Origin: a virus
Length of the DNA: 62,695 nucleotides
IMG/VR virus record: IMGVR_UViG_3300002461_000278
Coordinates: 1 to 62,695 of that record
Direction: 5' to 3' (one strand)
Shown here: piece after piece, positions 42,846-53,200 of the stretch
Position numbering within the stretch: position 1 is the first letter of the stretch
How the letters are laid out: the number at the start of each line of letters is the position of its first letter
Notes under the pieces: model-generated
The model's database searches: none
Seen by the model: only the letters and a program-made list of their open reading frames with translations
Told to the model about the DNA's origin: nothing
Made by a program: the position numbers and the translations under genes

Positions 42846-43050
42846 TCCGTCGGTGCAGATCCCGCGCGACTGCGAGCAGCTCGCGCAGCAGGTTCCGGAG
42901 CCGTCCTGGTCGAAGGGCGCCAACCCCAAGGCGCTGCTTGCCGACACCACCATCGCGCTGGTCGAAGCCAACGGCCACCTCGACGCAACCCGCACCTGCC
43001 AAGAGCGCCAGCGCGAGAGCTTCGCGCTTCCGTCACGCGTGACAGAGTAA
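42769..43050 (+). CDS. o-spanin-like lipoprotein; its 5' end overlaps the i-spanin gene in another frame
   Basis: MPRALSMMLICAFVAAC ADRPKPSPDP gives a lipobox plus a Pro-rich start. The start may instead be 42787. Confidence 0.55.
   Translation: MPRALSMMLICAFVAACADRPKPSPDPSVQIPRDCEQLAQQVPEPSWSKGANPKALLADTTIALVEANGHLDATRTCQERQRESFALPSRVTE
43032..43043. repeat. GTCACGCGTGAC palindrome, copy 6
   Basis: Exact 12-mer followed by AG. It lies 12 nt upstream of the tailspike ATG, inside the o-spanin 3' end. Confidence 0.9.
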
Positions 43051-43054
43051 TTTC

Positions 43055-44926
43055 ATGCCCGCAATTCGCCTCGCAGACTTCGACACATGGCGTCCGGGCT
43101 ACGGCCTTGCGACCGTGCGCGTCATCAAGGCCGGTGCGCCCGGCGTGCTGGCGTCGATCTACTCCGATGAGGAGCTGACGACAGTTGCGGACAACCCGCA
43201 GACCTTGAGCGAGCGGCTGTTGGGGGACATCTCCTATGGCCGGTGGTCGATGCCGCTCTATGTCGGCGAGCCCTACCAGCTCGAGATCGACGCCGTCGAT
43301 CGAACCGGCGTGATCAGGCCGCCCTTGGTGACGCTAGCGGGCGAAGATGCCTCGCTGGCCGTTGTGACGGTCAGTGGCGGCGAAGAGGCGATCGCGCTCG
43401 AGGACCATCTCGCCCGGCGCATCGATGTGCGCGACTTCGGCGAGTTTCTAGCCGTCGGCGAGCAGAACGCCTCTGCAGCGACGAACAATGCGAGCCTCAC
43501 CGCAGCTCTCGGCGCCGCCGGCGCACGCGGTGGCGGCTATGTCGAAGTGCCGGAAGGCACCTATCAGATCAGCCTGTTCACCATTCCGCAGGGCGTGGTG
43601 GTGCGCGGCCAAGGCCGCGGCGCGACCATCCTGCAGTCGATCGAGGCCGATAACGTCGTCACGATCGGCGGCGCACAGGCCGGCATCAGCCGTCTGACGC
43701 TCGATGGCATCACGCTCCCCGAGAACTCCGTCGGCGTCTTTGCCGAGGACAAGGACCAGATCGTCTTCGACGATGCCGAGATCAAGCGCTTTGAAACCGG
43801 CGCGCAGCTCAAGGGTGGCCGCTTCGGCAGTTGGTGCAGCCTGTATATCTCCAACTGCGTTGACGGCATGGAGATCTCCGGCGTTGACGACGCGCCGCTG
43901 ACGGCCGAGGGCGCCTTCAACGTCTGGCGCGGCGGTCAGATCGATACCTGCAGCGGCGTAGGCCTGCGCCTGCAGGACGACGGCCAGCCCTGCCACCACA
44001 ACATCTTCGACGGTGTTCGCTTCGATGGGAACACGGACAAGGCCGTGCACATCATCGGCGCGCGCTCGACGTCCTTCGCGAATTGCTCGTGGATCGACAA
44101 CACGATCAATATCGAAGTCGAGGACGGCGACCCGGAGACCGACACCAACACCGTCATCGGCTTGCATTTTGACGGCGGCTCGATCAAGGACGGCGACATC
44201 AACCTGACCGGATCGCTCGAATCTGTCGCGTTCCGCCGGATGGACCTCGAGGACGTCGAAATCACGCTCACGACGCCGGGCCAGAACATCCTCGCCGAAG
44301 ACTGCCGCGAGATCGCCGGCATCACCTTCGCGGGAGTGACGACGGCATGGCAGCGGCACAAGACCGGCGATCGCGGATCGTCCTCAGGCCTCACGACCGG
44401 CAACGCGCCGACGAAGGTGTGGGCGATCACGCTCGAGGCAGGCCAGCAGGTCTATCTCGAGGGCAAGGTCATCGGCCGGCAGCGCAACGGCATCAACACC
44501 GGCTTTTATCACCTTGGCGTCTCGGCAGGCAGACCAGGCGCTTCGCTGGCCTATGACACGCAGACGGCGAACTTCACGCTTGGCGACATCGTCACCGGCT
44601 CCGTCAGTGGCGCGACCGGCCGCATAACCGCCGATAGCGACGGCGGCACCACGGGCACACTGACGCTGCAGGACGTGGTCGGCGAGTTCGTTGACGACGA
44701 AATCCTGACCGACACCTCAGGCGGCTCGGCAACGGCCAACGGACTGCTCTCGTACACGAATGCCGCCTTGGTCGGCACTGTCGAGGCCATCCGCCCCGCG
44801 CAGGAGACCGATGCCGATTGGGCAGCGACCTTCGTAGCGAACGGGCCGCAGATCGAGCTGCGCGTGACCGGCGACACCAGCCAGATCATCGAATGGGTTG
44901 CCGACGTCGACGTGGTGTCGAGTTAA
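43055..44926 (+). CDS. Tailspike with a pectate-lyase-type right-handed beta-helix (depolymerase candidate)
   Basis: IDVRDFGEF...NNASLTAALGAAGARGGGYVEVPEGTYQIS...VVVRGQGRGATIL. Confidence 0.7.
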   Translation: MPAIRLADFDTWRPGYGLATVRVIKAGAPGVLASIYSDEELTTVADNPQTLSERLLGDISYGRWSMPLYVGEPYQLEIDAVDRTGVIRPPLVTLAGEDASLAVVTVSGGEEAIALEDHLARRIDVRDFGEFLAVGEQNASAATNNASLTAALGAAGARGGGYVEVPEGTYQISLFTIPQGVVVRGQGRGATILQSIEADNVVTIGGAQAGISRLTLDGITLPENSVGVFAEDKDQIVFDDAEIKRFETGAQLKGGRFGSWCSLYISNCVDGMEISGVDDAPLTAEGAFNVWRGGQIDTCSGVGLRLQDDGQPCHHNIFDGVRFDGNTDKAVHIIGARSTSFANCSWIDNTINIEVEDGDPETDTNTVIGLHFDGGSIKDGDINLTGSLESVAFRRMDLEDVEITLTTPGQNILAEDCREIAGITFAGVTTAWQRHKTGDRGSSSGLTTGNAPTKVWAITLEAGQQVYLEGKVIGRQRNGINTGFYHLGVSAGRPGASLAYDTQTANFTLGDIVTGSVSGATGRITADSDGGTTGTLTLQDVVGEFVDDEILTDTSGGSATANGLLSYTNAALVGTVEAIRPAQETDADWAATFVANGPQIELRVTGDTSQIIEWVADVDVVSS

Positions 44927-44929
44927 GCC

Positions 44930-46348
44930 ATGGCGGAGAACTGGATCGCCCTCCCGATCGACAAGCCGCTCTTTGCCAACCTCGACCAGGATGCCGTTGT
45001 CGGCGCACAGACCGCGATCGAGAACGGCTTCATCAACGAGCAGGGCGGTCACACGCGCTTTCCGGGGCTGCGGCTGTTCGCCGAGCTGGAAGACAATGGC
45101 CGCGTCTATCTCAACGACCTGTCGGGCGATCTGATCGCATCGACCAGCAAGGGCCGCACCTACCGTCTCGATCGACGCGCCAACGTGCAGGCGATCGCCG
45201 GCGTGCCAGTTTCCGGCGGCCGCCGGGTCGTCTTCCAGAAAACCGATCGCGAGCTGATGATGGCCGCAGGCGGTCCGATCGTGCGACTTCGCGATGCCAA
45301 GACCGAACTCTTGAGCAAGAACGCGCCGCTCTCGACGCATGTTGGCTGGATCGACGATTACACGATCGCCGTGCAGGTCAATTCGGGCCGCTTCTATCAT
45401 TCGCCGCCTGGTCAACCCGATGTGTGGGATCCGCTCGATACGTTCACCGCCAACGGCAACCCGGACAACATCAATTCGCTGATCATCACGCCGTTTCGCG
45501 AGCTGATGCTTGGCGGCGCGGAATCAGTTGAACAGTTCGAGCGCTTGCCGACCGGCGATATCCCGTTCTTCCGCCGTTGGGCGGTCGGCGACGGCGTGAA
45601 ATTCCCTTACGTCCAGATCTTCGCCGACAACGCGATGTGGACGATCAACAAGCTCACCGAGCTGGTGCGCTTCTCCGGTCAGCAATCGGTGTCGGAAGGC
45701 GACCAGATCGGGCGCCTGCTCGAGTCGATCGACGACTGGACCGACGCATGGATGGGCGGCTACCCCGACCGGCCGTTCCACATCGTCGGCCAGAAGTTCA
45801 TCATGTTCCAGGCGCCGCACGCGACGAACGCCTACGGCACCAAGGGCATCACGATCGTCTTCGACTACAAGCAGAAGCGCTTCTTCACGTTGTGGGGCTG
45901 GGACAACAAGAACGGCGTGCCCGGCCGCTGGCCCGGATGGTCGCACTGGACGCTGTGGGACCAACTATTTGTCGGCGGCGAGGGCAAGATCTTCGTTGTT
46001 GACCCGGCCATCTACCGCAATGGCCCGGACCTGCAGCGCTGGCTGATCCGCACGTCGCACATTGCGCAGGGCTCTGGCGTCGTCATCAACAACCTGCGCC
46101 TGCAGATCACGCGCGGTATTGGCACTTCATCGACCGCGCCGCAGATCCGCATTCGCTGCGCCCGCGATGGCGGTCAATTTGGGCCGTGGATCTCGCGCAG
46201 CCTTGGCAAGGCGGGCGAACGCAATCGCTTCATCCACTTCGGCAGCTTCGGCCAGGCGAGCAGCTTCATGTTCGAGATTTCCTCGGCCGACGACTGCGCG
46301 ATCGATCTCAACAAGGCCGAAGTCCTCGCGACGGCCGTAGGACACTGA
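44930..46348 (+). CDS. Tail hub / P22 gp10-like protein candidate
   Basis: 472 aa, with a beta-propeller-like repetitive pattern. It lies next to the tailspike. The assignment is tentative. Confidence 0.45.
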   Translation: MAENWIALPIDKPLFANLDQDAVVGAQTAIENGFINEQGGHTRFPGLRLFAELEDNGRVYLNDLSGDLIASTSKGRTYRLDRRANVQAIAGVPVSGGRRVVFQKTDRELMMAAGGPIVRLRDAKTELLSKNAPLSTHVGWIDDYTIAVQVNSGRFYHSPPGQPDVWDPLDTFTANGNPDNINSLIITPFRELMLGGAESVEQFERLPTGDIPFFRRWAVGDGVKFPYVQIFADNAMWTINKLTELVRFSGQQSVSEGDQIGRLLESIDDWTDAWMGGYPDRPFHIVGQKFIMFQAPHATNAYGTKGITIVFDYKQKRFFTLWGWDNKNGVPGRWPGWSHWTLWDQLFVGGEGKIFVVDPAIYRNGPDLQRWLIRTSHIAQGSGVVINNLRLQITRGIGTSSTAPQIRIRCARDGGQFGPWISRSLGKAGERNRFIHFGSFGQASSFMFEISSADDCAIDLNKAEVLATAVGH

Positions 46349-46349
46349 C

Positions 46350-46637
46350 ATGGCCAAGAATACCGTCGTTCCGCCGCCGCCGCGCATCGACTTCAATGCT
46401 GCTGACCCTACGTCGGTCGCCTCGGCTGTGCGCTCGCTGCTCGGATGGGTGAACGACTTTTACCGCAGCACCGTTGTGGAAAGCGGACTACTCGATCCGA
46501 GCTTCCAATCCAACGCTGGCCAGTTCGATCCCGCGAACCTGCCAGACCCGGAAAACTCTTCGATCGCGCGAGCGCAGCTCACCGCGAACGAGGCCTTCAG
46601 ACTGGCGCAAGAAGCCAAAACACTCGCAGAGGCTTAG
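46350..46637 (+). CDS. Hypothetical protein (95 aa)
   Basis: ORF track. Confidence 0.55.
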   Translation: MAKNTVVPPPPRIDFNAADPTSVASAVRSLLGWVNDFYRSTVVESGLLDPSFQSNAGQFDPANLPDPENSSIARAQLTANEAFRLAQEAKTLAEA

Positions 46638-46643
46638 ACAGAC

Positions 46644-47615
46644 ATGGCATCCTATGTTTCCCCGAACGATCCCGCGGCGCTCGCCTCCGGTCGTTACAGC
46701 GAAAACCGCCCGGCCCAATTCGTCGGCGGCTCGATCGACCCGACCAGTGGCAATCTCATTCCCGGATCCCGCGACGACGCTTCGAACGGCCGCACCGCGT
46801 CGATCGAGGCCGACATTCCCGAACCTGCCGCGCCGACGACGCGCCTTGGCAGCGTGACGCCGGAAGCACCAAAGACCGATTACGGCGCGCTGGCGCTCAA
46901 CACTGGCTTGAACGTCGCCGCGGGCGCCGCGAGCAAGGTGCTGGGCGACACAATCGGCAAGGCGCTCGGCGGCGGCAGCGGCGGCAGCGCCGGCAGCAAT
47001 CCGATGGACCTCAACGTCGGCGGCGGCATCAATAACACCGGCGCCGGCGGAAACAACGGCAGCGGATCGGCGCCGATGTTCGAGTTTCCGTCACCTGGTG
47101 CATCGAGCTATGGCGGCGGCGGCGGCGGTTATTACAGCCCGTCGATCGACACCTCTCCGAGTTTCAGCGGTGGCGGCGGCTATTTCGACAGCCACTATGG
47201 CGGCGGTGGCGGCAACAGCTATTACAGCGGCCCGGGCGACAGCGGTGGCGGGAGCGGAAGCGTGATCTGCACCGAGCTGCATCGTCAGGATCTGCTCGAT
47301 GGCATCACCTTCGCGGCCGACCAGCGCTTCGGCACCATGGTCAAGCTCTACTATCCCGCCGTCTATGACGGCTACCTCGCCTGGGCACGTCACTGCGTGA
47401 CGCTGATGCGCGTGTCGCCGCGCTTCACCGCCTTCGTGAAGTTCTTCGCAACGCCGTGGGCGCAGTACCTCGCCATGCTGATGGGAGAGCGCGAGACCGC
47501 GCCGGTGTTCGGCATGGTGCTGTTCCACATCGGCTGGCCGCTGTGCGGCGCCATCGGCCGGATCAAGGCGCGGCTCAACGCGAAGCGCGCGCAACTCCTG
47601 CCGGCAAAAGCCTGA
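46644..47615 (+). CDS. Gly/Tyr/Ser-rich virion protein with a hydrophobic C-terminal domain
   Basis: GGGGGYYSPSIDTSPSFSGGGGYFDSHYGGGGGNSYYSGPG is followed by a globular C-terminal domain. Confidence 0.55.
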   Translation: MASYVSPNDPAALASGRYSENRPAQFVGGSIDPTSGNLIPGSRDDASNGRTASIEADIPEPAAPTTRLGSVTPEAPKTDYGALALNTGLNVAAGAASKVLGDTIGKALGGGSGGSAGSNPMDLNVGGGINNTGAGGNNGSGSAPMFEFPSPGASSYGGGGGGYYSPSIDTSPSFSGGGGYFDSHYGGGGGNSYYSGPGDSGGGSGSVICTELHRQDLLDGITFAADQRFGTMVKLYYPAVYDGYLAWARHCVTLMRVSPRFTAFVKFFATPWAQYLAMLMGERETAPVFGMVLFHIGWPLCGAIGRIKARLNAKRAQLLPAKA

Positions 47616-47643
47616 GACCTCGAGCACAAGAAAGGCTCCGACC

Positions 47644-48078
47644 ATGATGCCTCCGAACCAGATGCCGCCCGCTGGCGCCAACGCCGGCGCGCCGCAACAG
47701 CAGCCGTCGCGACTTCCGCCGCACCTCAGCAAACTGCCGCCGGAGATTGCGGCGCAGATCGACCCGAACAACCCGATCCAGATGGAGCTGCTCAAGCGCA
47801 TCGACACATTGTCGCCGCAGGAAGCGCAGGCGCTGCGAACCGGCATCACGCCGCAGGCCGCAGCCGTCATGAAGCGATTGTTGCCCGAGGTTGGTTTCCT
47901 CCTCAGCGGCCGTGGCGCAGGCGCAGCGCCTGGTGGCCAAGCGCCGCAGCAGGGCGCGCCTGGTGGCCAGCCGCCGCGGCCGCCGATGCCGCCGCAGGGC
48001 GGTGGCGGTGGCGCACCGCCTCCGCAGGCGCAGGGCGGTTTCCCGCCGCGTCCGAAATCCAGACTTGGCGAGATGTAA
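47644..48078 (+). CDS. Pro/Gln/Gly-rich protein (144 aa)
   Basis: ORF track. The sequence is low-complexity but codons are G/C-ending. Confidence 0.5.
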   Translation: MMPPNQMPPAGANAGAPQQQPSRLPPHLSKLPPEIAAQIDPNNPIQMELLKRIDTLSPQEAQALRTGITPQAAAVMKRLLPEVGFLLSGRGAGAAPGGQAPQQGAPGGQPPRPPMPPQGGGGGAPPPQAQGGFPPRPKSRLGEM

Positions 48079-48092
48079 CGAGGTAGCGCGCC

Positions 48093-48764
48093 ATGTCGTG
48101 GAATTTCATCGCCCCGATCATCACCAACGCCGTCGGCGCGGCGATCGGCAAGTCGGCCAACAACGAAGCCGCGCAGATCGCGGCGAACGCGACGTTGCAG
48201 GGTGCGCAGATCGGTGCTGATGCCATCCGCGAAGGCAACACGCAGGCGCAGAACACGCTCAATACCGTCCGCAAGGAAGCAGCGCCGGCGACGAGCTATC
48301 TGCGCGGCGTCATCGCGCAGGAGGGAAGCCTCACGCCGGCGCAGGCCTCAGGCCTGACCGATGCGCGGCGCACGGTCGCCAACACGATCCACTCCTCGAA
48401 CTTCGCCGGATCCGGCCGCACCGCAACCGCGCTGTTCCGCAAAGCGGAGAGCGACTTCACCAACAACGCGCTCGATAGCAACAGCCAGCGTGCGTTCCAG
48501 GCTGCGACCGGCATGCAGGGCGGCGCGACGTCGGCCGCGACCGGCATCGCCAATTCGCAGGCGAACACCGGCAATGCCGTCGGCAAACTGATGAGTGACG
48601 CGACCACCAAGGCCGGGCTGTACGACGCGAACGCGACGACAGCGAACGGCAAGCTCACCGGCGAAGCGCTGGGCACGATCGGCGCCACGATCGCCAACGA
48701 ACAGCGCGCCAGCCGCTACGGCGACCGCATGGCGAAAATCGAGAAAGCTTTGGGTGTGACCTGA
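48093..48764 (+). CDS. Internal virion/ejection protein candidate
   Basis: 223 aa and Ala/Asn/Thr-rich. It precedes the repeat protein and the giant gene. Confidence 0.5.
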   Translation: MSWNFIAPIITNAVGAAIGKSANNEAAQIAANATLQGAQIGADAIREGNTQAQNTLNTVRKEAAPATSYLRGVIAQEGSLTPAQASGLTDARRTVANTIHSSNFAGSGRTATALFRKAESDFTNNALDSNSQRAFQAATGMQGGATSAATGIANSQANTGNAVGKLMSDATTKAGLYDANATTANGKLTGEALGTIGATIANEQRASRYGDRMAKIEKALGVT

Positions 48765-50257
48765 TGTCCGACAGAGTAGGGCTTGCCTTCATCACCGCCA
48801 ATCCGGCCACGGCCGCGTTCGAAGACGGCCAGCGCGCGGCGATGGCACGCGAGCAAGCCGAGCAGCAGCTTCAGGGGCAGATGCTCCAGAACGCCGAGAA
48901 TATGGCAGCCGCGCCGTCGCGCCTGAAAACGGTCAACGCTAACGCGAACCTCGCCACCACCAATGCCGACGTGGCGCAGAAGACAGCGCCCTACAAGGTG
49001 CAGTCGGCGGAAGCGGGGGCGCGCAGCGGCATGGCCGATGCCAGAGTTTCCGAAGGCACAGTCGGTTCGCGCATCGCGACGTCGGGCGCCGCCGCCCAAA
49101 CTGCAGGTGCGAATGCGCGCGTGGCATCGGGCACCGTCGATAGCCGCATTGCTGCGCAAGACGCAGCCGCGCGCACCGCGGGCGCGAATGCTGACGTTGC
49201 CGTCGGCACTGTGCAGCCGCGCATCGATACCGCGCAGTACGGCGCACAGACGGCCGGCGCGAATGCCAACGTGGCAACAGGCACCGTCCAACCACGGATC
49301 GATACAGCGCAGGCCGGTGCTCGCACCGCCGATGCAAACGCCGATGTCGCCGTCAACACCGTCGATCAACGCGTGAGAACTGGCCTCGCCAACACGCGGC
49401 TTGCCGAAACGAACGCCGATGTTGGTGAACAGACGGCTGACGCGCGCGTGCAAACGGCGCAGGCTGGCGCGCGATCGGCCGCTGCAGGCGCGGTGAAGGC
49501 GGAGATGGAGGGCTTCTACAAGTCGCTCGATCTTCTGAACGCAGGCGATCCGGCGAGCGCACAGGAAGTCGCGCGCGCCTATGGCAGCGAGATCCCGCCG
49601 CAGGTCGTGCAGGATGCAGGCCTGCGCAAGGAAATCACCGACGCGGCGAATTACGCCAAGAACGCGTATCCCAACCGCCCTGCCGATCAGCAGAAGTACA
49701 TTCAGGGCTTCATCAAGACCCGCACCGAGCGAATGGCCGCTGGCAAGCCGCAGCCCGATCCAACTGCGGTCTACAACGTGCCAGGCGCGCCGGAGCTTCC
49801 GGAATCGACAGCGACGTCGACGCAGCATGCGCCGGCCGAAGTCGCTGTTGCGACATGGCTGATGCAGAACAAGGTTGCGGCCAACGCGCAGGAAGCGTGG
49901 GACATGGTGCGGCGTTCGAAGTCGAACCCGACCACGGTTTATGCCAGCGTGTTCAACAACGCGTTGCGTGCGAACTTCGGCAATCAGGCGAAGGCGAAGC
50001 AGATCGCCGATGACTTCATGAAGCAGGCGGGGCTGGCGGGCCAACCGACGGCAGCACCGGCGCCAGCGCCAGCAGCTCCCGCTCGAGCGCCAGCTCCTGC
50101 GGCAGCACCAGGCGCGCCGAGCGCTGGCTTGCCGCCCGGTCAGGGCTCGCAGCAATCGCCGTACCAGGCGACGACGCAGCAGCACGTCAATTGGTTCAAG
50201 ACCTCCGCGCCTCCGGGCACGGTGATCAGCGTCAACGGCCAGCTCTACACCAAATAG
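48764..50257 (+). CDS. Internal virion protein candidate with seven 25-aa tandem repeats
   Basis: The repeat unit is TAGANA.VA.GTV..RI....A.AR. Its start overlaps the preceding stop (TGATG). Confidence 0.6.
   Translation: MSDRVGLAFITANPATAAFEDGQRAAMAREQAEQQLQGQMLQNAENMAAAPSRLKTVNANANLATTNADVAQKTAPYKVQSAEAGARSGMADARVSEGTVGSRIATSGAAAQTAGANARVASGTVDSRIAAQDAAARTAGANADVAVGTVQPRIDTAQYGAQTAGANANVATGTVQPRIDTAQAGARTADANADVAVNTVDQRVRTGLANTRLAETNADVGEQTADARVQTAQAGARSAAAGAVKAEMEGFYKSLDLLNAGDPASAQEVARAYGSEIPPQVVQDAGLRKEITDAANYAKNAYPNRPADQQKYIQGFIKTRTERMAAGKPQPDPTAVYNVPGAPELPESTATSTQHAPAEVAVATWLMQNKVAANAQEAWDMVRRSKSNPTTVYASVFNNALRANFGNQAKAKQIADDFMKQAGLAGQPTAAPAPAPAAPARAPAPAAAPGAPSAGLPPGQGSQQSPYQATTQQHVNWFKTSAPPGTVISVNGQLYTK
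48950..49474 (+). repeat. Coding tandem repeats, 75-nt period, seven units
   Basis: The repeats span aa 63-237 of the 497-aa protein. Confidence 0.8.
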
Positions 50258-50271
50258 CGAGCTAATCGCGG

Positions 50272-53200
50272 ATGAACCTCGACATCACCGGCCTTAAGCC
50301 GCTGGATGCAAGCGGCTTGACGCCGGTAGCGCCCGACGGGCTGCAGATCGACGTCACCGGCTTGAAGCCGCTGGACGTCACGGGCTTGAAGCCCGCCAGC
50401 GCCGCACCGGCGCAAACCTCCCCAACTGAAACATCGCTGAGCGATTACCCGGTCGAATTCGGCAAGGGTGTGCTCGAAGGCGCCAAGAACCTTCCGGCTT
50501 CGGCCATGAAGGGCGCTGGCGCGGCCGCGACCGGCTTTACGCGTGATCAGCGGACCGTATTCGACCGCATCGATCGCGGCGAACGCGTCTCCGACATGGA
50601 AGATCCTGTCGGCTATCAGCACATGTCGCCGGAGCAGCGCATGGCCGCGCGCGCCGATATCGACCGCGCATCGGCCGTGCCGCTGACGCAATCACCGCTT
50701 TATCGCGCCGGCGAGGCCGTGGAGGAGTTCGGCAAAGAGACGCTCGCGCCGGCGCCGGGCTTCGAAGGCAGCTGGACGCGCGATATCGGCTCGGGCTTCG
50801 GCTCGATGGCCGCGGGCATCGGTTTGTCGCTGGTGCCGCATGTCGGTCCGTTCGCTGCGCAGGCGACGTTCTTCGGCGCCGGGCAGGGCGAAGCGGTCGA
50901 TCGCGCCGTCAAGAAGGGTGCGACCGAGGAGCAATCGATCCAGGCCGCGCGCCTCGGCACGATCCCGGGCGCAACTGACGCACTCGACATGCTGCTGCCG
51001 CAGCTCGGCTCGACCGGCCGCGCGCTCGGCTTCATCAAGCGCGTCGGCTTGCGCGCGCTCGAGGGCGCGTTGCTCGAGGGCGGGCAGGAGGGCGTTCAGC
51101 AGCTCATGCAGAACGCGATCGCGCAGGGCGTCTATAACCCGGCGCAGGATCTGCTCGAGGACGTGCCCCGGTCGATGGCGATCGGCGCCATCGTCGGCGG
51201 CGCGACGTCAGGCGGTTTTGCCGCGGCGGACCGCCGCCAGCCGGCCGCGGCGCAACCGCAGGCCGCCCCGGCGCAACAAATCGACCCCGTTTTGCAACAG
51301 GCCGCCCCGCAGGGCGTCCCTTCCGGGGCAATTCCCGCCGAAACCATCCTCCCGCCCGACCCGGTTAACCAGCCATTCAGCACGTCTGTAGAAAGCCCCG
51401 CAGCGCCAATAGGAGCCCCGCTGAGTGGGGGTCCGGTTTTGGCCGATGCGAGTGCCGGAATTCAGCCGCCAGCCAGCGGGCTCCCCGCCGCCGCAGAGCT
51501 GCCGGGCAATCCAGTTGAACTGGACGCGACCGGCCTTGAGCCGATGCCGCCGCCGTCCACCCGCCCGCTGCTCGAGCAGATCCTCAACGACCCGCGCCCG
51601 GTCGCCGAGATCCGGGCGGAGATGGAGGCGGCGCGGAAGGCCAGCCTGACGCCGGCGGTAGATTCGGCTCGCCTTGGCGAGGTGCAGGACGACGGAATTC
51701 TCGGCTTTCAGTCACTGAACGGCCAAGTTCGGCTGATTGACGGTCGCGTTATTCCAGTCTCCCAAGGCGCCGGGCAGATTTGGGGCCCTGAAGGCGTCTT
51801 GATCCACCCGAACATCGTAGCGGCGTTCAAGAACGGGCCGACCGACGAGTGGGTGCCGACGAAGTTGCCCGGATCCCGCCGCGCGCCGGTGCAGCTCGAG
51901 ACGGCAGGCGATCCGAGCCTCGGCGCCGAACAGACCGTGCAGCCGAAGTCGATGGCGCAGGCCGAGGCCGGTAATTACCGCAAGCGGCACGTCAAATGGA
52001 ACGGCATCGACGGCGCGATCGAAACCGAAGCCGGCCAGGAGCGCACTGGCATCGGCGCCGACGGCACGCCGTGGTCAGTGACGCTCCAGCACCCCTACGG
52101 TGAATTCAAGCGCACCGAAGGCAAGGACGGCGACCCGGTCGACTTCTACGTCGGGCCCAATCCCGATTCCGGCCGCGCGGTGGTGATCGACCAGGTCGAT
52201 CCCGACACGCGTAAGTTCGATGAGCACAAGGTGGTCATCGGCGTGCGCAGCGGCGATGAAGCGCTCGCGGTCTACAATTCCGGCTTTAGCGACGGCAGCG
52301 CCGAGATGCGCGTCGGCGCGGCGACCGAGATGAGCGCGGCCGAGCTGAAGACGTGGCTCGAGCAGGGCAACACCAAGAAGCCGCTTGCCTACACCAATCC
52401 GCCGGTTGACCGATCGCCGAAAGGCCCGTTGTCGCTGTTTCAGTTTCTCGCCAAGAACGGCGGCATTCAGGATCACGGCGGCGAGCTGCGCCACATGGGC
52501 CTCGATCGTACCTTCGTGCCCTCGTTCGGCCGGCTGGTGAGATCCAGCGGCATGACGCTGGATCGCGCGCGCGAAGCCCTGGTCGAAGCGGGGTACCTGC
52601 AGGATGCAGGCGCCATCAGCGGCGGCAATCCTGAAAGCTTCATCAACGATCTGCTCGAGGCGCTGGACGATGAGAGCCGCGGCAACCGGCTGTATTCCGT
52701 CCAAGACGTCGAAGCCTATCAGACCCGCGAATCGCAGCGTCAGGAAAAGGCCAATGCGGAGGAGCTTGCGCGCGCGATCGACGACGTTCGCTCGATCGCC
52801 AAGACCGAAGGCATCAACGCGACCGAGCAAGAGCTGAAAGACGCTGCCGAATTCTCATTGGTCAATGGCACTGACCTAATCGACGGACTGATCGAGATTG
52901 TCGAGCGCAGCGCTTACGCCGCGCACGATGAAGTGGTAGCGTTAGAACCTCAGGAGCAGGGCGATGGACAGCCGGCCGCGGATGACACCGGAAGATCGGA
53001 TCAGGGGAGCGCAGGATCTGCGCCGCCGCGCGAACGCGCAGCCGGGCCTGAAGCAGGCGCAGCGCCAGAACCTCCGGCGCGTGGCGAGCAATCTGGTCAA
53101 GCTGAACAGCCTCGAGGCGAAGCGCCGGTAGAGGCGCCGACCGACAATCGGCAGTACCTCGCATCGAAGGCGATGGAGGACGCACTCGACAAGATCGAGG

